Source of the DNA: an uncultured virus (IMG/VR IMGVR_UViG_3300032322_002078) | Taxonomy: Duplodnaviria > Heunggongvirae > Uroviricota > Caudoviricetes | Virus record (IMG/VR): IMGVR_UViG_3300032322_002078 | DNA length: 64,000 nucleotides | Strand: one strand, 5' to 3' | In this document: piece after piece, positions 27,301-36,093 of the stretch | How the letters are laid out: the number at the start of each line of letters is the position of its first letter | Numbering within the stretch: position 1 is the stretch's first letter | The notes under the pieces: model-generated | Database searches by the model: none | The model's input: only the letters and a program-made list of their open reading frames with translations | Told to the model about the DNA's origin: nothing | Made by a program: the position numbers and the translations under genes

Positions 27301-30300
27301 CTAGGGGCGTCTCTCTTAATTCTTTCAAAAACCTCTCTCCGGGAGTCATATCCTGGGAAGTCTGCTCTTTGGGGGTATCTTTTTCTTGATTTGATTCTGC
27401 CTCCATTTTTGTCTATTTTGTTGATTAGTAAAGGTAATTTATTGTTAAATGCTTCATCGCCAAAATCCAGTAGAACTATAGTGTTTCCGTCTATCGAAAA
27501 GCCGTCTTGCTCAAAGCTGACATCTCTTAGTGATTGCAGAGCAATCTCTATGTTGTCTACTTCCATCTCAACTCTAACCGCATTAAAGCCTTGGTTTTCA
27601 GCAGCGTATCTAAGAACAGATACGCTGTTCTGTATTTCCGGTGCAATTAACCCAAGCAGCTGCGCAAAATCAGTAGCCTGCTCGGCGGTTACACCGCTAA
27701 GAGTTATGGCTACAGATGGCTCGGAAGATCCGTCATACCCTCCTATCGCATCTCTTAGGGATAAAACATTTATACCTAGCGCATCGGCTAGTAAACCTAT
27801 ATTTTTCTTGAATTCTATGTACGGACGAGATTGTTTGTATTTATCAAAGTCTGCGTACTCATGAATGTAGGTTTTATAAAAGGGGGCGGCAAAAAGAGTT
27901 GTTTCGTCGTCTGCTTGCTTTTGCAGTGACCTTTCGTCGCCTTGATCTATAGGCTGATCCGGAGCCACACGTTCTGTCCAGGTCCAAGATGGCATGAGGC
28001 CTACTTTTTGTTCTGCAAAAACTGTGTCTTCAATTTTAGCCGTTTGATTTGTCTCACCATACGGGCCGAAATAAAGCCAAGAGTTTTGGCCTCTTGTCTC
28101 TGATGTCATAGCGGCTATTGCTGAACCCGTGAACAACCTTACATGCGATTGCCAGGCATTCTCTTCTCCCATGGCTCTGAATCCAGCGCCTTCTAACCCG
28201 TGGCCAAAAGCATCATGGACAGCTCTAAATAAGTCATTGGCAGTAACTTTTCTTAAAACGCCGTCTTGATCCTCCCACATCAGGCCTGTGTCGGCTAACA
28301 TTGGATTTTCATCGATGTCTGATTGCGTTATTTCTTCTGTTCCGTATCCATCATAAGTTCCGTACACCGCCATTTTTTTATTGGCTCTCAAGTCCCTCAT
28401 CGCGTTCCACGGATTTCCTTTGTATGGATCTGATTTTGAGTCAAAAAACGTAAATTCATAACCGTCTTCAACTAGAGCTGCGTACTGAGCTTTTGTCTGC
28501 CTTATAAGATTTTTGTAAGCATCTATGACGGCTTTATTGCGAGGGTCGTGCACCATTTTCTCATAGGCGTATGCAAGTCTTTTTGAAAACTCGACATATA
28601 TGGGCATGTACTCGGCTTGCCTTTTTAGGTCTATTCCGTTTTCTTTTGCGTATTTTTCTGCGACTCTGACGAGGTTGATGTCTGGCCCTGTCGCGCCTTG
28701 AATAACTGGCGCACCTTCAAGCGGCGCAATGACTCTTGTCTCTCCCCGTCCTGCTCGGTTTCCTCTCTGTTGTGGTCTGTTTTCATTTTTATTTAGTTGT
28801 AAGTTTTTTAATAAACCGCCTTCTGATACCACGATTCCTGTGTATCCTGCGTCTGCCAATAATGCATCTCCGGCTTCTTGGGAGCCCATGGCTTCGGATA
28901 AAAGCCTTCGGAAGTCCGAAACCTTAGATCCAACAATACCCGGAGTCACCGCCCTGGCTAATGCGGTTTTCTGCACACCTATTTCTTTGGCGATGTCAAC
29001 GAATTCATCTATCGGCGTACCTGGCTCTTGGGATCTGCCGGCTCGAGAGGCGTCATAGACTTTTTTAAATGTCTTCCTGTCGATAAGTTTGTTTTTGACA
29101 GCGACATCAGCCACTCTTTTAATTATGGATGACGTAACCGGCTCATCGAATGCTAGGTATCTAGCACCGGCTTCGGCTTCGCTGATCTCAACTGCCCTCC
29201 TTTGGGCCGGTGTCATATCATCCAGTTTTTTCTGGCGCTTAGCTACTGCGGCTCGCCTGGATGATTCTGCTTGCTGTTGCTCTATCCTGTACCCATACTT
29301 TTCCGCGACAGATGAAGTCAGGGCTTCGCTAACACCCTGGTAACTGCTTCCCTGTGTAAACCCAGCAAAATCATTTAAGAACTGAGATAATTCGATGTAT
29401 TTGTTGTACTTGGATTTTATCTGTATTGACTTTATGGATTGCGGGGACATGCCTAGCTTGGTGGCGACTCTGGCGATGATGTCATTTATTTTTTTAATCA
29501 TCCTGGCAGCTATACCCGGATTGGCTTTTATTTCCGTGGTCGCCATTAAGGACTGCAGCTCTGTTATGACTTCTTCATACCTAATGTTGCCTTGGTATTG
29601 AGCTGCCCAGGCTTTTGCTGAAGCCACCATCTGGCTAGGTAAGATTTTTTCAAGATCTTCAATTATTTCAGAATACAATCCAGACGCATCTTCTCCAAAA
29701 GCCTTAACCAATACAGTATGGCCTAATTCGTGCTGAAGTATACCCTGAAACAGCTGCTCCCCACTCATTTTCTTATAGAGCCACTTACTGAATAAACCCT
29801 GCTGGGCTCCGTATGCATTTCTGAATGCAGTTGGGTTCTCGTAGGCCACGCGCAGTAATTCGAGGTTTACATGGATGCCCCAAGACGGATTTCCCCTCGA
29901 ATCGATGTCTTTTTGGACCAATGCGAAGCTGTCTGATCCATCTCTGGCAACGGCCAGGAACTCTGACTGATTCCTGTATACATACAGGTTTACTCCGATC
30001 TGCGCGGCTGCGCGGCTTATCCTGTCCAACACTTTAGCCATAAATGAATTGGGCTCAAGTGAGGTGTTTGCCGTCCTATCGGGGTCGATTTGAGACCACC
30101 TGGCTTTCGCCATGGCCTCTGATTCGGTCTGGGTTTGCGCGGATGGGCTAGTGGCCGCGTTGAGGTATTTTCTGGCCGGTGCTTGACCTGCAGGTCTTTT
30201 TTTAGCTAGTTGATTAGCTATATCAGAAAGCGCAGCTACATCCTTTCCGACATTACTCATCACGGTGGTAAGTTGAGATATAGCCTTGTTTAAGGCCTTT

Positions 30301-33300
30301 CTATCTTTCTCTGTAGTGGCTTGTTGTGCGCGATCCTGTAGTCCGGATAGAAGCTGATTCATTTGCTTCCATCTTGAGTAGAGCCAATCAGATGCATTCA
30401 TCGCAGACTCTTCGGTTATGCCATTGTTTTCCTGGTCAGCTTTCTCTAGGGCATTAACGGTTTCTATAACGTCCTGAGGCGCCATAGATGTAACCAGATC
30501 CATGTCATCTATGGATTGCCCTGCCTTTGTTCTTGAGGCTACTTCGTCGATCGTAAGTCCAGGTAGAACCGCAGCGCTGTACTCCGACTTCATGGATTGA
30601 GCTGCTTTCTGATCTCTGATTCTCTTGGCTTGTTGGATTGCGCCATTTATGGTGTTTACAGCGGCCTTAAATGGTTCCGAGAAGCCGTCTATGGGTCCGG
30701 ATAGCGATATTTTAACGGCTCCAGATACCACAGCGTTTAGGAACTCGGGATCGTTAGCCACCCTGCTCACCACGTCGTCCTGAGTCAGAATTACTGACTT
30801 GCCGTCAGCAAACCTAGCTATGGGGATATAAACCTGCTGACCACTCAATACTGAGTTTATATCTTTTTGAATGGCCTTTGCCCTGGTTTCGTAATGTGAC
30901 TTCGAGACCGGATCGGCTTCTGATCTGGCTTGCTCTATCAGATAATCGTGCTGGTATGCCATGGAGGCATATACAGATGAATATTCTTCAGACAAGCCGT
31001 TCTGCGAAGCTGTTTTACTATAGGCTTCAGCTTTTTTGGCATCAGCCATGAGTTTTTCGTACTCAACCTTTGATATAGCGCCTCCGGAGTATGCTTGTGT
31101 TATTACGGAAACCGCAAAATCAGTTCCTTTGACCTGTGTTAATTTATAAATTAACTGGCTTTTTATAGCCGGATTGGCATCAGATAAAGATATTTCAGCT
31201 AGGGCAGCGGCTTTTAACTTCGCTTCAAGGTTTACGGCATTGTTATGCGCCATGGCGCCGCTCATGGCACCTACACCTAGCATTCCTACGCTTTGAACCG
31301 CTACGGAATTAAACCTCTTTAGCTCGGCGTCTTGGCCGCTTAGCAGGTTTACAACAGCATCTCCAAATTCGCTTCGAAAGTCTTTTCCCTCGATGATGGC
31401 TTTTTCGAAAACGGTTTGGGGCCATTCCTGGGTGGCCACCTCTGTTGTGTATTCAGTAATCCCGCCAGCCAGAGCTCTACCAGCAAAGGTTTTGCCTGCC
31501 TTGCCGAATACTTTATAAAAACCTGATATAAACGGAAGCATTTCGATGATGTACGACGGCGCAATGGCGAGCTGAGATTCTATCGCCTGGCGATACCCAT
31601 TTAATGCTTTTTCGTATGACCCCGTACTTTCAAGTATCTGCTTCTCAATGCTCCCCGCTATAGAAGCTGTTTCTAGCGTATAGTTTGTAACCGCCGCTGC
31701 TGAGGACGCCGCTAGCGTCATGGCCTCTGTTGCGAATGGACTTCTGGATACCATCATTACAGCCGCCCCTGTCAGTGCAGTGGGGGCCTGTGTGCCTAAT
31801 ATATTTCCAGCTAGCTTTCCGAAATTTTGGGCGTCTAGCACAGATGCCCAGGTCTCTTCAGCGGGCTGCATCTTGTAGTCTTCAGCCATTCTGCCTCCCA
31901 TCTTCATAAGCAGTGGGCTATCTGTAGCATATCCTATACTTTCGACATAACCGCCGAGTGACGATATTAATGTAGGGATCAACTGCGCAACGAGTTCCGA
32001 ATTGTAAAGAGCCGGGTTGGACCTGGAGAACGCTTGTATAGACACTCTTTCGGCTGCCGATAACTCAGTTTCTCTTTGAGCTGTGATCTTTGATACAGCC
32101 TCCGATACCATTGATTCAAAAACCTTTTGATAGTCGATTCCGTTTTTCTTTAAGAAACCCTCAAACTCATTGTTTATAGCGTCTTTATATTTGGAGTTAA
32201 TTATTTGATCCTGCCGATCCTGCCTGGCCTGATATTTAGAGCTTAAAGCAGCTAGCTCATCTAGTTCTTGTTGTTGAGCGCCTTCGAATTGACCCACAAG
32301 CTCTTCGTAACCGGCGTTGTACTCATCGGTTAGGGATTGGTATGCCTGCTGGGCTTCCTCGGGATCTGCGCCGTTGTTGACGGACTGCTGCAATTGCTGA
32401 ACCGCTGAATTATACTGTTTTGTAAGTATTTCTATTGATGAATTTATGCCATCAAATTTAGCCCTGTAATTCCCGTTAACCACGTCGTTTTCGGCGCGAA
32501 GCTCTTGTTTATACGAGTTTCTTGATGCAGTTACTTCAGCATCTCTTTTTACCAGAGTTTTGCTAATGGTCTTGAAGTCCTTTAACAACAATTCTGCATC
32601 TGCCTCTTGTTGCTCCTGCAGTTTTGGGATGATCTCGTCTTTAACAACTTGCTCAATTCTAGGAAGCAGGTACTTGGCTTTTGCCTGGGCTTCTAGTTCT
32701 CCGCGATACAGCTTCCATGCGGCTCCGCCGATCTGAAGTCTGTTTTTTATCGCGAATTCATCCGCTGCATCATCTACAGCTCGTTGATTTATTCTGTCGG
32801 CCTTGTAGTCGTAAAATGCAGACCATCCGCCAGCGTCTACAAGAGAACCAACATCTGAGGCCACTTGCTTTTGAGTTGATTTAAAATACTTATCGCTTTC
32901 CGTTACTAGCTCTTGGTATCTTTTGTATTCTTGAGATGCGGGTTTCGATGGATCTTGATTGTAAACCGCTTTTGCTAGCTGCCATGCGCTTCTCTGTGGG
33001 CCCGGCGGAGGTGGAGATGCCTGATTCGGATCTGATGACATCCACTGATCTACCAAATGCATTGCGGTCTGAGTGGACTCATATCCGTGTATTTCCTGCT
33101 GGGGTTGACTAAGCATGAGTCTTTCCGCTATCGGAGCAAGCCCTGATCCAGACGGAATCGTCATGGTCGGATTTCCGGCATTCGAAAACCCAGAAGGCGT
33201 TGTCAGATCCGATTTTACTTGGCGCATTTTAGCTCGATTTGCCTGGACTTTTTTGTATCCCTGCCTAACTGCTTCCTGACTAGATAAACCTGAATTCACT

Positions 33301-33800
33301 AGCTGATCGATATCTTCATCCGGCAGCTCTTCGTAGGATATTCCAGCAGAAATCAGCTTCTCCCGAATTGTTTTGATATCGGCTTTCGGCTTGTTCAGCT
33401 TGTTCCTGTAATACATATCAAGCCCTTCCTGAACCGGCCGGCCGGCAAGAGACGATGCAATGTTATTGAGGTCGTCGTCTTCTGAAATATGAATTCCATA
33501 CTGAGATGCCATTTTTCTGAGCTGATTTCCATCTAATGTTGATGGAAATGCTAAGCCGCCCGGCGGTGTGCTCGAACCGCCAGACTTTGACTTTCCCAGT
33601 AACTCTGATACATCGTCAACGCTCTCAAATATCTCCGGGTAGAGGTCATAGACTCCTTGAACTCCGTTCTCGGATATAAACATATCCAGATCGGATTCGG
33701 TTCCGAATACATCGGGGTTTATTGACATTATCTCTGCGTATCCCCTTTTTTTTGAGGGCCCCCCATCTGCGGGAGCCTGCGAGATGCTAGCTTCTTCCAT
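21351..33800 (-). CDS. giant (4149 aa) polyvalent virion/ejection protein
   Basis: Single 12.4 kb ORF after the ejection-type genes; contains HELGH zincin motif, RAVHDAFGH motif and a RelA/SpoT-like motif set. Confidence 0.8.
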   Translation of the reverse strand: MEEASISQAPADGGPSKKRGYAEIMSINPDVFGTESDLDMFISENGVQGVYDLYPEIFESVDDVSELLGKSKSGGSSTPPGGLAFPSTLDGNQLRKMASQYGIHISEDDDLNNIASSLAGRPVQEGLDMYYRNKLNKPKADIKTIREKLISAGISYEELPDEDIDQLVNSGLSSQEAVRQGYKKVQANRAKMRQVKSDLTTPSGFSNAGNPTMTIPSGSGLAPIAERLMLSQPQQEIHGYESTQTAMHLVDQWMSSDPNQASPPPPGPQRSAWQLAKAVYNQDPSKPASQEYKRYQELVTESDKYFKSTQKQVASDVGSLVDAGGWSAFYDYKADRINQRAVDDAADEFAIKNRLQIGGAAWKLYRGELEAQAKAKYLLPRIEQVVKDEIIPKLQEQQEADAELLLKDFKTISKTLVKRDAEVTASRNSYKQELRAENDVVNGNYRAKFDGINSSIEILTKQYNSAVQQLQQSVNNGADPEEAQQAYQSLTDEYNAGYEELVGQFEGAQQQELDELAALSSKYQARQDRQDQIINSKYKDAINNEFEGFLKKNGIDYQKVFESMVSEAVSKITAQRETELSAAERVSIQAFSRSNPALYNSELVAQLIPTLISSLGGYVESIGYATDSPLLMKMGGRMAEDYKMQPAEETWASVLDAQNFGKLAGNILGTQAPTALTGAAVMMVSRSPFATEAMTLAASSAAAVTNYTLETASIAGSIEKQILESTGSYEKALNGYRQAIESQLAIAPSYIIEMLPFISGFYKVFGKAGKTFAGRALAGGITEYTTEVATQEWPQTVFEKAIIEGKDFRSEFGDAVVNLLSGQDAELKRFNSVAVQSVGMLGVGAMSGAMAHNNAVNLEAKLKAAALAEISLSDANPAIKSQLIYKLTQVKGTDFAVSVITQAYSGGAISKVEYEKLMADAKKAEAYSKTASQNGLSEEYSSVYASMAYQHDYLIEQARSEADPVSKSHYETRAKAIQKDINSVLSGQQVYIPIARFADGKSVILTQDDVVSRVANDPEFLNAVVSGAVKISLSGPIDGFSEPFKAAVNTINGAIQQAKRIRDQKAAQSMKSEYSAAVLPGLTIDEVASRTKAGQSIDDMDLVTSMAPQDVIETVNALEKADQENNGITEESAMNASDWLYSRWKQMNQLLSGLQDRAQQATTEKDRKALNKAISQLTTVMSNVGKDVAALSDIANQLAKKRPAGQAPARKYLNAATSPSAQTQTESEAMAKARWSQIDPDRTANTSLEPNSFMAKVLDRISRAAAQIGVNLYVYRNQSEFLAVARDGSDSFALVQKDIDSRGNPSWGIHVNLELLRVAYENPTAFRNAYGAQQGLFSKWLYKKMSGEQLFQGILQHELGHTVLVKAFGEDASGLYSEIIEDLEKILPSQMVASAKAWAAQYQGNIRYEEVITELQSLMATTEIKANPGIAARMIKKINDIIARVATKLGMSPQSIKSIQIKSKYNKYIELSQFLNDFAGFTQGSSYQGVSEALTSSVAEKYGYRIEQQQAESSRRAAVAKRQKKLDDMTPAQRRAVEISEAEAGARYLAFDEPVTSSIIKRVADVAVKNKLIDRKTFKKVYDASRAGRSQEPGTPIDEFVDIAKEIGVQKTALARAVTPGIVGSKVSDFRRLLSEAMGSQEAGDALLADAGYTGIVVSEGGLLKNLQLNKNENRPQQRGNRAGRGETRVIAPLEGAPVIQGATGPDINLVRVAEKYAKENGIDLKRQAEYMPIYVEFSKRLAYAYEKMVHDPRNKAVIDAYKNLIRQTKAQYAALVEDGYEFTFFDSKSDPYKGNPWNAMRDLRANKKMAVYGTYDGYGTEEITQSDIDENPMLADTGLMWEDQDGVLRKVTANDLFRAVHDAFGHGLEGAGFRAMGEENAWQSHVRLFTGSAIAAMTSETRGQNSWLYFGPYGETNQTAKIEDTVFAEQKVGLMPSWTWTERVAPDQPIDQGDERSLQKQADDETTLFAAPFYKTYIHEYADFDKYKQSRPYIEFKKNIGLLADALGINVLSLRDAIGGYDGSSEPSVAITLSGVTAEQATDFAQLLGLIAPEIQNSVSVLRYAAENQGFNAVRVEMEVDNIEIALQSLRDVSFEQDGFSIDGNTIVLLDFGDEAFNNKLPLLINKIDKNGGRIKSRKRYPQRADFPGYDSRREVFERIKRDAPRLFESGTDLDNVWDKATERMGSFEEQKRIEKSEELEKYQLLRKKQLDYSEQGKILTDDELAKISELEKFLADGIEPVFENDKTRYEQAKKEIEAIANEIAEIVPRSFVTKFPIKRPSRAAIKTVRWYDSTPTALGDGSRVNILVGNNKEAQTLYREIVKRFRFDLRRNEMETTELGYPKRLVEIQTSNGKIAEIQVMTIDGYLAKDGIKYFKDDDGDYDYTNVAIAKLKKIRASLGWAIPDGVGHYFYEIDRDPNVPADLRTQARELSNIYYRAMANPLLYRDAEESFRSGLSDFIGKVDNANKSNWDKSNKGIAPESAVNFSKKKQSSGEVTRKAIAASFPSLSSPAVIAYESKGDEIQTPIGSESRKAKVPSYMEYDPQSLSTASDSVYRSLQGKMYDYAKEIYDEMTEQERKDVSAVVSDFMIGLRDNMISISVQDATRLYYDVVSERRPEYVKKDGLWTLEYGRKGKSSVRSRVVTALLGLPASRRVNRRIIENMVRNLGYTVENQAEAEAVAELMLEAVGGIDGISEPELMSFAMELQGGVRTMVMGGIANQAYKLARQASDADTRTKYRLMAESFMDQLADQATRDGRANAALYRLYANSPEMIFSLESRKIKTQSARALTDDDAPKSKSQDVKQAQRRVKAAKTKAASKAAQTPKVKQAVKQAQQAASGAPASPTPPTAPNPPAPPPSVPTTVRQRVAQKEKSIIDFIKGKFGIRKARAIPATLDPDVVNAIVDLALEYIDAYDIYDQGEIFRRIHKRFMKSGLDIMSIDPDYFVYAWDAVESNALAKRGEVIAKRLAEKVVNQAKPPKGQKPFDPLSFMIDQLYRKATEDLGKTPNTAMSAQQKIVEILNVFADAKSAWELSKGYAEDMIDNLDPTIYSLAEKAAMKRDLNAYFANDIDPFLIKDTPYGNKYTVLQKMVKDEIEANSIDLNQILLSSVDIQADSKSDFVNKLADRIDRATFGALGARQSMALAEAFADEYDTLLEDESIRALKRSLPKLKSAKKFEEDIRKETPEAERLFRLIKYGAFEPGKLTVTNPDGSLTDAAKLFSEMFNVPYMDDDVRDILETYAEMISKTPVDSVFRSHLYNEMMQFVRMHQIENQFSKLAVITAHFYSFILMSSDTMMKAFNSNALTFPYTTLRTVARNALGGNVYAAGLAAKGFFSKTGYKLSEETATKDMVDMDGVPIKKGELHFKLGEETVSPNNPRYDMLMPLLFFNNASITGFSSGATEFMLAMKGKRETNVIETESVSEVFAKNGKTKLARAWGRFTRMPGRILGGIDMLTAAMAQQGHTADLMYDYLESITKEYNLNNPGKGVKLTQAQKAEIVDEILGSNGNVWMGAVIKAMEELYTMTDTPQGADDKTKAKVIRDNKLMIQSRIMEITYQTINSRAKALAAQHDYLSGLTQAGLEKVIADATWLSRKIGLMETPEGTLGAVAVIQQYLGKFIPMSKFFIATFVNAPMNFTAWALKTNMLTGGILLPVRMMEKRRGLVISKELADRHGIRTDFYGTGAFNKEKQDMLIDYVFFNAAKVGVAMAVGSQVLSAIMTGYDEDPEKDRFSQEELDRLKSEGIDVLQSIPVNRRINYMFGDPEAPEGTPNSKARWKEIPLFVSGRFYGYKGKNYGMSMAFQRRTGLEPGTIYVYGRKLIRYVDNPILFSLFSDTGAMYDDLLFSGRDDVKAEARGIMWAIKSLSASSLSSLSMVKEQSMLKPLNDIIQLTNSEGMYSSADANKMEKALLYIEKQAAGLISSGLLPAEVKNTYRDISYLNDWAQEDPREFNEFMVFKMPIVSDIVIDNNETGPFGYPVTWSLKRELPLGVNYLVDAFSELKFNPTEARYIAMFENKGSTKHLSADFSNYYLVDADGNVTRKQFTLKEMEKARDSYKRIIRDVVEKENPDRLEAMPIEVFNAMIEKGLQYYQGAASYKRVILEDLFGKEGSSMMFIDETDAVLSSAVSEPAINEFITKQIKSLRSKK

Positions 33801-33803
33801 GCT

Positions 33804-35507
33804 TTAGTTCGTTACTACTTTATAATACTTACCGTTTCTAACCCGTCTGACTTCGGCTGGAAGTCTTTTCCATTCGGCGTTGCTTACTTCTACCATTCTT
33901 GATGCTGACGATGGCGCTGGAGATGCCGGAGACGAAGAGCCTTGCTGGCCTATGCCGGCATAAGTTTTTAATGAGGGATAACCCTTTGATTCGGCTTCTT
34001 TTTCGAACTCCTGTATCCGCTCTGCGCCTACTTTTGTTTTTGTGTATTGCGTATAGAAGTCGGCCGCATCCCTTTTGCTGAGTTCGAAAGTCTCGGTGCC
34101 TATAGTCGATTCGTTTTGCCCTGGAATGCTGTATCCAGTTCCGGCGATAGTCATGGACTGAATGCCTTCTGCTATATATTTCTTGGAACTGGGGTCATAG
34201 TAAACCGTTGAAATGCTGTAGGCTTGTGATGGCCTCCCCTTAACGGACAGCGTAATACTTTCTGTAGGTGTCAATCCGGTGGGTAGCGTAAGGTATTTAC
34301 CAGGAGCTCCTGCGGCCTTGTTTATATTCTTTCTAGCGGTCTCGTCTTCATTGTATAGCGATACGAGTTGCTGATTGCTCATCGCAGCATATTCAGTGTT
34401 GGACTGTCTTATTTTATTGATTTGAGCCGGGGTAAAATTGTCTGAATACTGCCAGGTTTGAGCAGGCGTAGTTGGTTTTTGACCGCCTCCGCCTCCGGTG
34501 GCTTTTATAGGATTCATTCCTTCTACTTTCACGTTCGCCGATATCCAGTTGTTAAGCTCTCCGGTTTGATCGGCAACCGATATGCGCATAGTTGAGATTA
34601 TGTCTGCCGGGCTTTTTTTGGTTCGATTGGAAACCGGGTTCCCAAATTGATCCACGCCCTCTTCGGACATCTTGAGCTCGAACTGACGATAAGCGTCCTC
34701 AAAACCGCTTCGGCTTCCATAATGATCTATAAGATCCTGAACGGCATTTTCAATGCCGCCTTCGGTTCTCATTGATTGCTCCATTTTGCTAATGGCTAGT
34801 TCTTTGTTTGGGCTGTAGGTTATTTTTGTCTGCTGGTAGAAACCTGGGGTTTTCCCCATTTTACTGATGCTTCTCAAATTCTGATCCTGCGCAGCTGCCG
34901 CGATTATTTCATCGTCAGTAGGCTTTATTTCCATGAATTGAGAACTTATCGACTTCCTGGGGATGTTTTGAGTTGACATGAAAACACCGGTTTCCCCGTC
35001 GTATGAATTAGGAAATATCTCCGACCAGACCTCAGGGGTCTTGGTTTCCATATTGAGGTCGGTTATGGTCCTAGCTGTGTTTATAGAGAAATCGTAGAAC
35101 GGGTTCACGACATTTTGACCAGCCTCTCTTGATTTTTTATTAGACTGCCCTACCTGACTGATGTACGATGCGTCATTTCTGAAGTCTTCAAATAAATCTA
35201 AAAAATCACCGGGGTCGGTATAACCTTCATTAATACGAGACTTCAAACCTTGATACAGACCCCTTGTCCTATCTTTTAAGATAGGTTGAACAGTATAATC
35301 TACCTCTTTATCAACTAGCTTGAAATACCTTTCGTACAGCTTGTCTTCATTTTCTTTCTTCTGTTTTGCTTTTTCTTGATCGCCTCTAGCTTTTCTTGCT
35401 TTGGCTTGGGTTGTAAGATTGGCTAAAACGCCGGTATAGTCCTTCGGCGTTACGGTGAGCCCGATGGCTCTACCCATTTGATAACCGGATATAGGAGCTG
35501 TCGACAT
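33804..35507 (-). CDS. putative internal virion (ejection) protein
   Basis: 567 aa, between the tail gene and the giant protein. Confidence 0.6.
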   Translation of the reverse strand: MSTAPISGYQMGRAIGLTVTPKDYTGVLANLTTQAKARKARGDQEKAKQKKENEDKLYERYFKLVDKEVDYTVQPILKDRTRGLYQGLKSRINEGYTDPGDFLDLFEDFRNDASYISQVGQSNKKSREAGQNVVNPFYDFSINTARTITDLNMETKTPEVWSEIFPNSYDGETGVFMSTQNIPRKSISSQFMEIKPTDDEIIAAAAQDQNLRSISKMGKTPGFYQQTKITYSPNKELAISKMEQSMRTEGGIENAVQDLIDHYGSRSGFEDAYRQFELKMSEEGVDQFGNPVSNRTKKSPADIISTMRISVADQTGELNNWISANVKVEGMNPIKATGGGGGQKPTTPAQTWQYSDNFTPAQINKIRQSNTEYAAMSNQQLVSLYNEDETARKNINKAAGAPGKYLTLPTGLTPTESITLSVKGRPSQAYSISTVYYDPSSKKYIAEGIQSMTIAGTGYSIPGQNESTIGTETFELSKRDAADFYTQYTKTKVGAERIQEFEKEAESKGYPSLKTYAGIGQQGSSSPASPAPSSASRMVEVSNAEWKRLPAEVRRVRNGKYYKVVTN

Positions 35508-35508
35508 A

Positions 35509-36066
35509 TTAAACCATTAAACCATAACCCATTGTACCTAGTGTCCCAGCTGTGTTGTATAGACTTTGGGTGCCGGACTGCATCTGCCTAGCAAGTGCCA
35601 TCATTGTGTTGTCGTAGACCTGCTGACTTTGCTGTTGCTTCTGCATGCCTATATCAGCAATTTTCATACTCAAATCCTCGGCTTTATTGAAATTCATGTT
35701 TTGCTGCTCTCTATTCATGATATCGGATTTTGCACCGATGTTCAGATCTGATGCATTTCTTCCTATATTGAGTCCGGCATAAACCAAGTTGGCTGGAGCC
35801 CCTGTCCTTACAGCTGTGTTCATTAAGGCGTTCGTCTCTCCTGCCCCCCTGCGCCTTGCGTCTGCATACATGCTTTGGGTGAAGCCCCAGTCTTTTTTAC
35901 TCATTTTCTCGCGCTTGGCTTGGGCTTCCAATAATTCTTTTGGCGGGGTAAGCGTTGGCCTATTTCCCAATTTCCTCATTTTTCTATTAGCGCTTATCAT
36001 GTTGTACAGACTCATTATAGACTGTAGTCCATATCCTATTCCCGCTGCTGCTGCTTGTTCGTACAT
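35509..36066 (-). CDS. putative ejection/pilot protein
   Basis: A/G/Q/M-rich helical protein with hydrophobic Gly-rich termini. Confidence 0.6.
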   Translation of the reverse strand: MYEQAAAAGIGYGLQSIMSLYNMISANRKMRKLGNRPTLTPPKELLEAQAKREKMSKKDWGFTQSMYADARRRGAGETNALMNTAVRTGAPANLVYAGLNIGRNASDLNIGAKSDIMNREQQNMNFNKAEDLSMKIADIGMQKQQQSQQVYDNTMMALARQMQSGTQSLYNTAGTLGTMGYGLMV

Positions 36067-36093
36067 AGCTATTTATTTAGGTTCAAAGATAAG

